Virus record (IMG/VR): IMGVR_UViG_3300037354_000025
Location: 1-27,911 of that record
Reading direction: 5' to 3' (one strand)
DNA length: 27,911 bases
Origin: a virus
Lineage: Duplodnaviria; Caudoviricetes
In this document: piece by piece, positions 6,777 to 15,071 of the stretch
How positions within the stretch are numbered: the stretch's first letter is position 1
Layout: the number at the start of each line of letters is the position of its first letter
Notes under the pieces: model-generated
Database searches by the model: none
Seen by the model: only the letters and a program-made list of their open reading frames with translations
Told to the model about the DNA's origin: nothing
Made by a program: the position numbers and the translations under genes

Positions 6777-7185
6777 CGAACAGATCGAAGCCATCTACTT
6801 CTACACCGGATGGGTGCAGCGGTGGGTGCAGGTCAATACTGCGCTGGAGCAGGCGGTCGCAAGGATCGCCATGTATCCGGCGCAGGCTGCCCGCATCACC
6901 AACGCCATCGACGCCACCCCGTCGGGGATACTGGCACAACTCACGCAGCTTCACGACGTCACGATCCCGGCAGCCTTCAAGCGGCTAAAGGCGCTGGGGG
7001 TTGGCTCCATCAAACTCTCTGGAAGCGGAGAACTGAACGAACTGGCCAGGCAGGGCCAGCGCCTCGTGGGCGCTCTATGTTCGATTCTCGGTGTCGAGCG
7101 CGACGCCGACATATTCAGGCCGGGAGCGGGCGGCCGATCTGGATCTCGCATGGGCGGAACCTCTTCCAATTGCGTGGTCAAGTGA
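6760..7185 (+). CDS. Probable head-tail adaptor (141 aa)
   Basis: GTG with GGAAGG SD. Helical protein starting MAALTDEQIEAI, with KALGVGSIKL resembling the adaptor 'K.g.i...' hairpin. Consistent synteny. Confidence 0.6.
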   Translation: MAALTDEQIEAIYFYTGWVQRWVQVNTALEQAVARIAMYPAQAARITNAIDATPSGILAQLTQLHDVTIPAAFKRLKALGVGSIKLSGSGELNELARQGQRLVGALCSILGVERDADIFRPGAGGRSGSRMGGTSSNCVVK

Positions 7186-7196
7186 GACTTTCAAGA

Positions 7197-7301
7197 TTTG
7201 CCTCGGCGGCCAGTTTGGACCTTTCGTGGTCGTTACCCTCCAGTGCTTCTCGCGCATGTCCGCTGGACGCCGGGGCGAAACCCTCAGATGAAACGAGGCA
7301 A
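7197..7301 (+). promoter_or_regulatory. Structured intergenic element with alternative pairing to the downstream RBS
   Basis: TTTGCCTCGGCG (7197-7208) pairs with CGCCGGGGCGAA (7268-7279). Alternatively, TTGCCTCG pairs perfectly with CGAGGCAA (7294-7301), which contains the GAGG SD of the ORF at 7304. Confidence 0.4.
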
Positions 7302-7303
7302 CG

Positions 7304-7651
7304 ATGAGTACGGAGCGAATTAGGTCAAGCAACCCAGGGAACCCCGGGGCCAACAGCTCGGTGGTGCTGTACGACGATACGCCAGGCACCAGCGCCAATT
7401 CGGTCAACAAATCCAGGGTGGAGATCGTCCTGTTCGCTGACCAGATCGTGACCATCAAGCACGAGTGGTCGGACACGCCATCGGGAACGCTTCGTCAAAT
7501 CTCCTCGACGGCCACCTCGGCCAACACGCTCTATGAGGCCAGGCCGCGCCTGCGCGCGGGGAACAACAAGATCACGGCCATCACCACGACGGCCCCCACG
7601 GTGTTTCAGTGCGCCGTGTGCACCAACAGTAGCCCCGTATCGGACGCATAA
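7304..7651 (+). CDS. Hypothetical beta-rich virion protein (115 aa)
   Basis: GAGG SD; S/T-rich beta-strand pattern; sits in the neck module. Confidence 0.65.
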   Translation: MSTERIRSSNPGNPGANSSVVLYDDTPGTSANSVNKSRVEIVLFADQIVTIKHEWSDTPSGTLRQISSTATSANTLYEARPRLRAGNNKITAITTTAPTVFQCAVCTNSSPVSDA

Positions 7652-7660
7652 CGAAACACC

Positions 7661-8170
7661 ATGGGCGGATCGGCACAACTCGGCGACAACCTGATCGACG
7701 ACCTCGTGGAGGACGTGGATACTTTGCGCGGAGATCTGAACGCCGACTTCGGTACCCGCCCGTTTCGGTGCTTCACCGTCTTGCGCTCGTGGACCGGTGA
7801 GCAGCAGGGCGAGGGCGACTTCTCGGACGTCGTCAACGAGATCCTGCCGGCGCCGCGCGTGACCTACTGGGACACGTACTTCAGCGCCTATACCTCAGTC
7901 ATGACCCCACTCGGCGTGCACGAGGACGGCAACATCAAGCTGGACGAAATCTCGCTGACCTACACCTACGACGAACTGTCCCCGCACGGGCTGCGGCTCA
8001 ACCAGCAGTTCTTCTTTGTTCTGCGTGAGATCCACGGCCAGAACGCCGAACCGCGCTTTCTGAAGCAGCGCAAGCCGCCCTTCGCCGACCGCGAGAAGAG
8101 CATGGGTTGGTTGGTCATTTTGATGGACTGGAACCTGCCCAGCAACGCGCACCCGGAGCTTCCCGAATGA
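7661..8170 (+). CDS. Probable head-closure/neck protein (169 aa)
   Basis: Synteny, strong GC3 bias, beta-rich sequence; ATGA overlap with the next gene. Confidence 0.55.
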   Translation: MGGSAQLGDNLIDDLVEDVDTLRGDLNADFGTRPFRCFTVLRSWTGEQQGEGDFSDVVNEILPAPRVTYWDTYFSAYTSVMTPLGVHEDGNIKLDEISLTYTYDELSPHGLRLNQQFFFVLREIHGQNAEPRFLKQRKPPFADREKSMGWLVILMDWNLPSNAHPELPE

Positions 8171-8808
8171 GCCCGGTTATCTCCATGAACGCGGTGGGCA
8201 CGACGCTCAAGCGCGACCAGGAACTGCGGCAAGCCGCCACCCTGCGCGGCCTTCGCTCGGGCGCCAGGCGCGGCCTGCCGATCCTCGTGAGAGCCACGCC
8301 CAAGGACCAGGGATTGGCCCAGATTTCATGGAAGACCGTCATGCACGGATCCGTGGGGCTGGTGGCGACCAACGAGAACTCGGCGCCTCATATCGGCATC
8401 ATCGAGAACGGCGCGCGCCCCCACAAGGTGAGCTGGGAGGGCATCTTCGCGATCTACCAGTGGGTCGAGCGGCACTTCCGCCTGACCGCGGTGGGTGGCG
8501 TCGTGGCTGGCGCGGCTGGCACTCGATTCTCTGCCCGCAAGTCGAGGGCGTTCAAGCTCGCTGGCCAAGGCAATCTCAGCCAGCACGGCGCCTACGTCAT
8601 GAAGGCCATCATGGCACTGCACCCGGAGTACATCGGGCGCATGGTTCCGGCCGCCCTGAACATCACCGGCGCCATCATCTGGAAGATCGCCACCAAGGGG
8701 CAGGCCCCCAAGTTCTTCGTGCGCGGATGCCTCCTGGAACTCAACCACGCGGTTCGCGCCGAGGTCGAGCGCTGCATCTCGGAGATCAGGCCAGGGGGCG
8801 CGCTGTGA
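8167..8808 (+). CDS. HK97 gp10-like neck/tail-completion protein (213 aa)
   Basis: ATPKDQGLAQISW (~TPVDTG.L..SW), NSAPHIGIIENGARPH (~PYA.YVE.GT) and C-terminal GQAPKFFVR. ATG 8167 overlaps the upstream TGA. Confidence 0.7.
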   Translation: MSPVISMNAVGTTLKRDQELRQAATLRGLRSGARRGLPILVRATPKDQGLAQISWKTVMHGSVGLVATNENSAPHIGIIENGARPHKVSWEGIFAIYQWVERHFRLTAVGGVVAGAAGTRFSARKSRAFKLAGQGNLSQHGAYVMKAIMALHPEYIGRMVPAALNITGAIIWKIATKGQAPKFFVRGCLLELNHAVRAEVERCISEIRPGGAL

Positions 8809-9434
8809 GTATCGTTCGCCTTGAGGCCCTGCGCTTTCTGGCCCGCCAGATTGAGGCCGGCGTCCCCGAGCTTTCCGGGAAGACGCGCGTCGTCCAGGTT
8901 CCTCCCGAGCAGCAGCTCGACTTCCCCATGCTGGTCGTGATCGGTGCCAATTTTCGTCGCATCACCGAGAACACCGACGAGCACTCGCGCCCCACCAATT
9001 CGACCCTCTGCGTGTGCGTGGGCCACTGGGACGTCACCGTCCAGCTGCGCCTCGCCCACGCCACCCAGGGCCAGCGCGACGAACTCGCCGACAAGATCGA
9101 CAAGCTATTCGACCAGCGCGAGGGCGCCCCGGGCGTGCTCGTCTCTCGCGTCGTGGCCTGCAAGGACGTGGGCCCATTCTTCGCCTCGTGGGAGCAGGAC
9201 TCCTCGAGCTGGGACGACGAGGCCGCTTTCTCGTCGCAATACTGGTCAACCTGCACCCTGACCGGTTGGGTTCCCGTCCTGGTCGTCAGGAACGGCGTCT
9301 ACAACCTCGACCACCTGCAGCTGGGCCTGACCAAAGAATTTGATGTGCCGGCCACCTCGGCCGCTTTCGATACCATGCCGGGCGTCGTGGAAGTCCACGA
9401 GGACGGCACGATCACCCCTGTGCCAAGGAGCTGA
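8805..9434 (+). CDS. Probable tail terminator/completion protein (209 aa)
   Basis: GTG 8805 (GTGA overlap). Last gene before the sheath. Alpha/beta pattern including FPMLVV. Confidence 0.55.
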   Translation: MSIVRLEALRFLARQIEAGVPELSGKTRVVQVPPEQQLDFPMLVVIGANFRRITENTDEHSRPTNSTLCVCVGHWDVTVQLRLAHATQGQRDELADKIDKLFDQREGAPGVLVSRVVACKDVGPFFASWEQDSSSWDDEAAFSSQYWSTCTLTGWVPVLVVRNGVYNLDHLQLGLTKEFDVPATSAAFDTMPGVVEVHEDGTITPVPRS

Positions 9435-9437
9435 CCC

Positions 9438-10952
9438 ATGTCCACGGATCTCTTTTATTCCAACAACCCGGCCGACGCTGTCGCTCTGGAAGGCATCACG
9501 GTTTCGAAGACGCAGGCCGATGTCCCCGTCACCGGCGTGGCGCTCAACACGGTGGCGCTGGTTGGCCAGCAGGTCATGGGGCCCGACGGCGCCAAGGTCC
9601 GCACCTCGCCCCAGTCCTTCTCTGCCATGTACGGAGGACGCGATGCCGGCGGCGGCGGCGCCATCACGGGCCAACTCTGGAAGGCCATCAACAACCGCGC
9701 CTTCTCGTGGCCGATGGTCTTCTCGCGAGCCCGCGCCGCGGCGGCGGTCAAGGCCACGGCGAACCTGGTCAACGGAGCCAGCACGATCGCCGTCGTCACG
9801 GCGGCCAGCGCTGGCGCGTGGGCGAACGGGGCGAGCGGCTACGGGCTCACGCTCGACGTGGTAGCGGCCACCGACGGCGACGCCACCCACTGGAACCTCG
9901 TGGTCAAGCTCGCTGGCAACACCGTGCAGGTCATCCAGAACATCAACACCAGCACCGGGTTCGACAACACTCTGGCGGCCACGGGAAGCTCGGAGGCAAA
10001 CCTCATCACCCTGGCCAAGGGCGGGACGTCCGGTCGTCCCACGAACATCACGGGCGAGGCCCTCGCTTCCGGCTCGGATGGCACCATCGCGGCCAGCGAC
10101 TACGTAACCGCCCTCGACGCCGCGGCCAACATGGTCGAGGCCGACATCGTCGTGGTGTGCGAGCGCGCCGTCGATGCCACCGGGCAGGCCACCCTTAATG
10201 CCGAGATGGTTCGCCTCGCGGCGGCCAACCCGCAAAAGCTGTTCGTCACGTGGGGCGGGGCCTATGCCATCCCGGGCGACGATGTCACGGCCAAGAACAC
10301 GCAGTTCACGGCGGGGTCGAGCGATTTCGTCATCTACTGCGGCAACACGTCGTGGACCTACGACAAGCTCGCAAACTCGCAGGTCGAGGGCGGCGCCCAC
10401 CTGGATATGGCCGCGATTCTCAGCCAGACGGCGGCCGACATCCACCCGGGCGACGAAGACAACCTCGGCATGTGCGCAGGCGTGCGCCACCTGACCAACG
10501 AGTCCCTGCAGCGCGGGGATCTCATCTCGCTCAAGGGTGCCGGCATCTCGACCCTCGAAAAGGTCGATGGCGGGTTCCGCTTCCACACCGCGGTCACCAC
10601 CACCGGGCTGGAAATCACCGACGTGCGCACGGCCCAGTACCTCATGGCCAGCATCATCAACTCGGTGAAGCACGACGTGCGCAAGCCGTTCACTGCCACC
10701 CGATCGAAGAACATGGTCGGGAAGATCATGAACTTCCTGCAGGCGCAGCAGAAGGAAGAGCGCTTCGTGGACAAGGACAGCGCCACTATGGGCAAGGCCT
10801 TTGACATCCGCTTCGTCCAGACCGACGAAGAGCGCTCGCGCAACCTCGGGAAGCTGCAGATCAAGATCCGCACGATCCCCCACCTGCTCTATCTGGTGCT
10901 TTTGCAGGACATCGGCACCGGCGTCATCACCTTTCAGTCCATGTCCAAGTAA
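9438..10952 (+). CDS. Contractile tail sheath protein (504 aa)
   Basis: AAGGAG SD. Motifs VALVGQQVMGP, AASAGAWAN, LASGSDG..AASDYVTALDA and ITDVRTAQYL are characteristic of sheaths. Confidence 0.93.
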   Translation: MSTDLFYSNNPADAVALEGITVSKTQADVPVTGVALNTVALVGQQVMGPDGAKVRTSPQSFSAMYGGRDAGGGGAITGQLWKAINNRAFSWPMVFSRARAAAAVKATANLVNGASTIAVVTAASAGAWANGASGYGLTLDVVAATDGDATHWNLVVKLAGNTVQVIQNINTSTGFDNTLAATGSSEANLITLAKGGTSGRPTNITGEALASGSDGTIAASDYVTALDAAANMVEADIVVVCERAVDATGQATLNAEMVRLAAANPQKLFVTWGGAYAIPGDDVTAKNTQFTAGSSDFVIYCGNTSWTYDKLANSQVEGGAHLDMAAILSQTAADIHPGDEDNLGMCAGVRHLTNESLQRGDLISLKGAGISTLEKVDGGFRFHTAVTTTGLEITDVRTAQYLMASIINSVKHDVRKPFTATRSKNMVGKIMNFLQAQQKEERFVDKDSATMGKAFDIRFVQTDEERSRNLGKLQIKIRTIPHLLYLVLLQDIGTGVITFQSMSK

Positions 10953-10964
10953 GAGGAGATCACC

Positions 10965-11408
10965 ATGGGTATCCCAGCAATCAGAGGAGCGGAACAGCAA
11001 CTGCAGGTCATCGTGGACGGGAAGACGATGGAGGGCAGCTACCTGAAGGTGAACAAGTTCACCCACACTCCCCTCATGACCGAAATCACCCGCAACTACA
11101 TTGGTGAGCCATACGACACCAACGATCAGATGCTGCACGGACAGCACCTGGTATGGGACAACGACCAGCTCGATTCGACCATGCTGGCGTTCCTGCTCGA
11201 CGTCCAGGCGCGGGCAGATGGCCACCTCCCCCCGGCCGACGTGGCCGTCATCGTGAAGGAGGCGTACCGCGACGGGGCCACCACCAGCGACGTCCTGTTC
11301 TCGGGGAACGGCGTGCTGACCCCCACCACCCGCGGTGGCGCCGGCCAGAAGGACACCGTGTCCGGGAGCTGGTCGTTCAAGTGTCAGAAAATCGCACTCA
11401 TTGCGTAA
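10965..11408 (+). CDS. Tail tube protein (147 aa)
   Basis: GAGGAG SD; follows the sheath; size and C-terminal SWSFKC beta-strand are typical. Confidence 0.85.
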   Translation: MGIPAIRGAEQQLQVIVDGKTMEGSYLKVNKFTHTPLMTEITRNYIGEPYDTNDQMLHGQHLVWDNDQLDSTMLAFLLDVQARADGHLPPADVAVIVKEAYRDGATTSDVLFSGNGVLTPTTRGGAGQKDTVSGSWSFKCQKIALIA

Positions 11409-11441
11409 CCACGAAAAACAAGCACTGGAGGGATTCGAACA

Positions 11442-11927
11442 ATGGCAAGCGACAAGGAATTCGTAGACGAACTCAGGCGACTGGTGACCCGCAAGAAGGA
11501 GCACCTGCGCCACGAGGGGTTCAAGGCCCCGAAGGGCTGCTCTGACTTCAAGACCGTCGTCATTCGCGAGCGAGATGGACACGATGCGAGGGTGGTGGCG
11601 GTGCGGGTGGACGAGCTTCTCAGGCTGCACAAGGACCCAAGCGTGTCGGTCATGATGGGCCTTCGCCAGCAAGAGGAGTGGCGCATCAGCATCGCCGCGG
11701 TCGATGGGAGGCCAACCGAAGACGGCATCACGCCATTTGCCGCGTTCGACAGGTGGAAGGACGCCAGCCGGGCGGCCATCGGGCGCTTCGATCGCAAGCT
11801 CAATAGCCTGGACACCGACGACCTGGAAAAATGCGCAGCCGACTCGGTCCCCGTAGACGCGGGCCGGCTGAACGAGATCCCGAACTTTTCATCCGATTCC
11901 GAGGTTCCGCCTACCGAACAGTCGTAA
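11442..11927 (+). CDS. Tail assembly chaperone (161 aa)
   Basis: GGAGG SD; located between tube and tape measure; an overlapping -1 frame ORF follows. Confidence 0.75.
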   Translation: MASDKEFVDELRRLVTRKKEHLRHEGFKAPKGCSDFKTVVIRERDGHDARVVAVRVDELLRLHKDPSVSVMMGLRQQEEWRISIAAVDGRPTEDGITPFAAFDRWKDASRAAIGRFDRKLNSLDTDDLEKCAADSVPVDAGRLNEIPNFSSDSEVPPTEQS

Positions 11928-12109
11928 AGGAACAACTCGCCGAGTGGGTGCATGTCGGGTGGCACCTCGACGGAATGAGCCTGGATCGGTTTCTCCTACT
12001 TTCAGATCTTGAGCGGTACTACCTGAACGAGGCCCTCAACAACCAAATCCAAAGAAGCAATGAGGCAAGCCAGGGGCTACCTGGTCCGAGACCGAAAGAT
12101 TGGCGCTGA
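11825..12109 (+). CDS. Tail assembly chaperone -1 frameshift extension (lambda G/GT-like)
   Basis: The -1 frame is open to TGA 12109 and encodes WHLDGMSLDRFLLLSDLERYYLNEALN, typical of T-like segments. Candidate slip sites are G GAA AAA (11825-11831) and C CCG AAC TTT T (11879-11889). Confidence 0.65.
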   Translation, partial: GKMRSRLGPRRRGPAERDPELFIRFRGSAYRTVVKEQLAEWVHVGWHLDGMSLDRFLLLSDLERYYLNEALNNQIQRSNEASQGLPGPRPKDWR

Positions 12110-12115
12110 AACACC

Positions 12116-13741
12116 ATGGCCGGAACCACCACCACATACGATGTTGTCACCCGATACAGCATCGATACCCGTGGTTCCGGGCAAGGCCTCATGGCCATGG
12201 AGAAGCAGATGCACTCGGTTGCGTCTGCAAACGACATCGTGCTGCGCGGTCTCAAGGCCATGGTTGGCCTCATGGGTGCCCACGAGTTCAAGAAGCACTT
12301 CCTCGACATCAATAGCGAGATGGAGCAGGCCAAACTTACGACGGCTGGGTTCTTGGAAATGGGCGGTCTGGGCAAGTTCAAAGAGAACATGCAGGCGGCC
12401 GACGACCTGGTCAAGCAGTACACGATTGATGCGAGGTCCAGCATCGCGACCACGAAAGACTTCGTGGAGATGAGCAAGGGCATGACGGCTGGCGTGGTCC
12501 AGGCCGGCGGTAGCATCAAAGACCTTCACGACATCAGCGTGGGATTGGTCGTGGCGGGGAAGGCGACCGGGAGAGGCGCCGACTACGTCGCTCTAGAGGC
12601 CCAAGAGGCCCTGATGGGCATGGTCAACAATCGGCAGGTCTTCAACAAGATCATCATGCAATCGATTGGGTACGTCGGGGAAGAGGGTCGCGCCAAGTGG
12701 AAAGCACTGGACGCCCACACTCGCCTAGTTGAATTGAAGCGCGCTCTGGAAGCGCCCTGGCTAAAGTCCCTGCAAAGCGCCCAGGAGCACAGCATGGAGG
12801 GCGCCAAATCGACCTTCATCGACAACGCCCAGCTGGCAGCCATGCGCGCCGGGAAGAGCCTGTTCGAAGGCATCAAGGTTGAACTCAACCAGTGGAACGA
12901 GTACCTCATCAAGAATGGTGAAACGATCGACCACATCGCCGACGTTGTTGGCGGTAAGCTGCTGCAGGCGGCGATTTCTTTCAAGAACGCCATCATGTGG
13001 GCTGCCGAGCACTGGAAGACCATCGCGGCGAGCTACGCGGCCATGAAGGCGGCGGGGTATCTGGCGAGCGGCGCCGGCGGATTGGTTGGATCCGCGGCCA
13101 CCGCTGCGGGTGGCTTGCCCGGGGTAGTCGGTTCCACGTTCGGAACCAAGGTGGCATCGATTTCACTGGCAGCCGCTGCCGTCTACATCGGTGGCACCGA
13201 ACTCGCTTCGTGGATAGACCGGAAGCAGAGCGAAGACATCAACAGGGCAGGCGGCGTCAACGAGGGCATGATGAGCCTATTCGGCGCAAACGACCGAGAC
13301 AAGGCCTCCGCGCTTCGCCAGATGCTGGTCAGCCAGGGACTTGCCGGCGAGGGCGGGCTCAACAAGAAGGCCTTCGCCGACGCGGTCAACGCCGACCAGT
13401 TCCAGCGCATCAAGTGGGCCAAGACACTCGGCATCGGCGACGCCCACGAGGCCACCCCCGAGATGATTGCCGAGAGGATGGCCAAGGCCTTCGCGGACAT
13501 CATGCGGGAAGATGCTGAACGCAGGAGCCTGAACACGGATGACATCGGTGGCTTCTACGGTGACCAGCGCAAGTACGAGGTCAAGAAGAACGAACTCGAA
13601 AAGCCCAAGGTCAATATCAACATCCAACGCATCGAGGTAACCACCGAGGATCCCGACGTGTTCGCCTTCGAGATGGTGGACGCCCTTCGCGACGCCGCTA
13701 TGAACCCAAGCTCGTCGCTTCACGCATTGAGGGAGGGGTGA
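12116..13741 (+). CDS. Tape measure protein (541 aa)
   Basis: A/G/K/M-rich helical protein with a hydrophobic Gly/Ala stretch and C-terminal KVNINIQRIEV; follows the chaperones. Confidence 0.85.
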   Translation: MAGTTTTYDVVTRYSIDTRGSGQGLMAMEKQMHSVASANDIVLRGLKAMVGLMGAHEFKKHFLDINSEMEQAKLTTAGFLEMGGLGKFKENMQAADDLVKQYTIDARSSIATTKDFVEMSKGMTAGVVQAGGSIKDLHDISVGLVVAGKATGRGADYVALEAQEALMGMVNNRQVFNKIIMQSIGYVGEEGRAKWKALDAHTRLVELKRALEAPWLKSLQSAQEHSMEGAKSTFIDNAQLAAMRAGKSLFEGIKVELNQWNEYLIKNGETIDHIADVVGGKLLQAAISFKNAIMWAAEHWKTIAASYAAMKAAGYLASGAGGLVGSAATAAGGLPGVVGSTFGTKVASISLAAAAVYIGGTELASWIDRKQSEDINRAGGVNEGMMSLFGANDRDKASALRQMLVSQGLAGEGGLNKKAFADAVNADQFQRIKWAKTLGIGDAHEATPEMIAERMAKAFADIMREDAERRSLNTDDIGGFYGDQRKYEVKKNELEKPKVNINIQRIEVTTEDPDVFAFEMVDALRDAAMNPSSSLHALREG

Positions 13742-14871
13742 TGGCCGACTCTCCTGGCATCTTCAAGATCATGGAAATCCCCCCGGGCGGAAAGCCTGGC
13801 GAGGGGGAAGTGTTTCAGTGGACGGCGAGCAAAACGCCAGAGGACGCGGCAAACGGAGGCGGGCGCGCCGCTCCCGAGGGATCATTCGAGATCTCATCGA
13901 AGCTGCGATTCGTCCGCACCGACTACAGCGGCGCCGTCGTTCCCTCGTTCCAGGTGCTGGGTGCCAAGCGCGAGCCGTTCACCTGGTCGGGCACCTTCGA
14001 CGACCGCTTCAACTTCGACGGGTTCTCTATTCGCGAATACAAGCGCGCCGAGAAGGTGCTGTTCCGCGGGAACATCGTCAAGATTTCGTACAAGGACGAG
14101 GATTTTCTCGCCCTCGTGATCGAGTTCAAGGTCAACCGGAAACTCGACTGGCAGATGTCGTACAGCCTGACCGTCGAGGTATCGGGGCGCACCGACAACT
14201 CCGAGATGGACCGCACCGATAAGGGCAACAAGATCCAGCCGGGCGCCGAGCGCGACGCCCAGACGGTGCTTCTGTCCAGGCTGGCAGAGTCGCACGCGAG
14301 CAGGCCGGCGACGGCCCTCGTTGGCTCACCCGACAGCGCCCAGACGGCCGAGGCCCTCATCAGGGCAGGGAAGAGCCCCACCGCTGGCGCCAAGGCCGCT
14401 CTGGCCCAGGTCAGCGCGGACCTCGACAAGTTCTCGCAGATGCTGGACACCAAGACGGGTGTCCTTTCTCCGATCGGAGACTTCCGCACCATGGCCACGC
14501 AGATGAAGGTCATCCAGGCTGGCTACACGCGGGTCCTGACTTGCCTCGTCCAGGCTCGATCTGACTTTGACGTCGGCTATCGGTCGGCCGCCGCCGTTCT
14601 CAGTTTCGAGGAATGGAGCCGCACCACGCGCACCCTGTGCCGGCTGGGGGCCCATCGAGCACAGAACGCCGCGGTCGGATTCGGCGAGCGCGACGTGGCC
14701 AAGAGCAAAGGCCTATACCGCCCCTTCAAGGGAGAGAGTCTTTACAACGTCAGCCGCGTTTGCTACGGCACTCCCCACAAGGCGCGCGACATCCAGATCG
14801 CCAACAACCTGCACAGTTGGACGCTCACCGGGGATGAGGCGCTGACCATCCCCATGGGTGGAACGTCGTGA
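13741..14871 (+). CDS. Tail tube-initiator/baseplate protein with C-terminal LysM-like domain (376 aa)
   Basis: N-terminal P2 gpU/Mu DNA-circulation-like segment (YSGAVVPSFQVLG..REPFTWSG). C-terminal KGESLYNVSRVCYGTPHKARDIQIANNL...GDEALTIP is LysM/gpX-like. Confidence 0.8.
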   Translation: MADSPGIFKIMEIPPGGKPGEGEVFQWTASKTPEDAANGGGRAAPEGSFEISSKLRFVRTDYSGAVVPSFQVLGAKREPFTWSGTFDDRFNFDGFSIREYKRAEKVLFRGNIVKISYKDEDFLALVIEFKVNRKLDWQMSYSLTVEVSGRTDNSEMDRTDKGNKIQPGAERDAQTVLLSRLAESHASRPATALVGSPDSAQTAEALIRAGKSPTAGAKAALAQVSADLDKFSQMLDTKTGVLSPIGDFRTMATQMKVIQAGYTRVLTCLVQARSDFDVGYRSAAAVLSFEEWSRTTRTLCRLGAHRAQNAAVGFGERDVAKSKGLYRPFKGESLYNVSRVCYGTPHKARDIQIANNLHSWTLTGDEALTIPMGGTS

Positions 14872-15071
14872 GTGGATTCGAAGCATGGACGTGGCGACCA
14901 TTGGCGCAGGTGTCATCTCGCCACGCGAAGATCCGCCAGCGATTGATCTTCGAAAACATCACGTTCGAGGAGCTTCACCCCGCGATGGGTGAACGTCGAG
15001 CGTGTGAATTCGGCCCACAAACGCGCGACGAATGGCGCCAACTTCGCGCCAAGTTTGCGAGGACGGCGTGA
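14868..15071 (+). CDS. Small hypothetical protein (67 aa)
   Basis: Coupled by GTGA overlaps at both ends and exactly fills the gap. No motif recognised. Confidence 0.5.
   Translation: MSGFEAWTWRPLAQVSSRHAKIRQRLIFENITFEELHPAMGERRACEFGPQTRDEWRQLRAKFARTA

Noticed and set aside
7270-7300. Hammerhead-like core (CGAAAC ... CAGATGA)
   Set aside because: The invariant CUGAnGA is not present and the required three-stem arrangement could not be built.
9246-11672. 808-aa minus-strand ORF opposite sheath and tube
   Set aside because: Same high-GC antisense shadow effect; no recognisable protein features.
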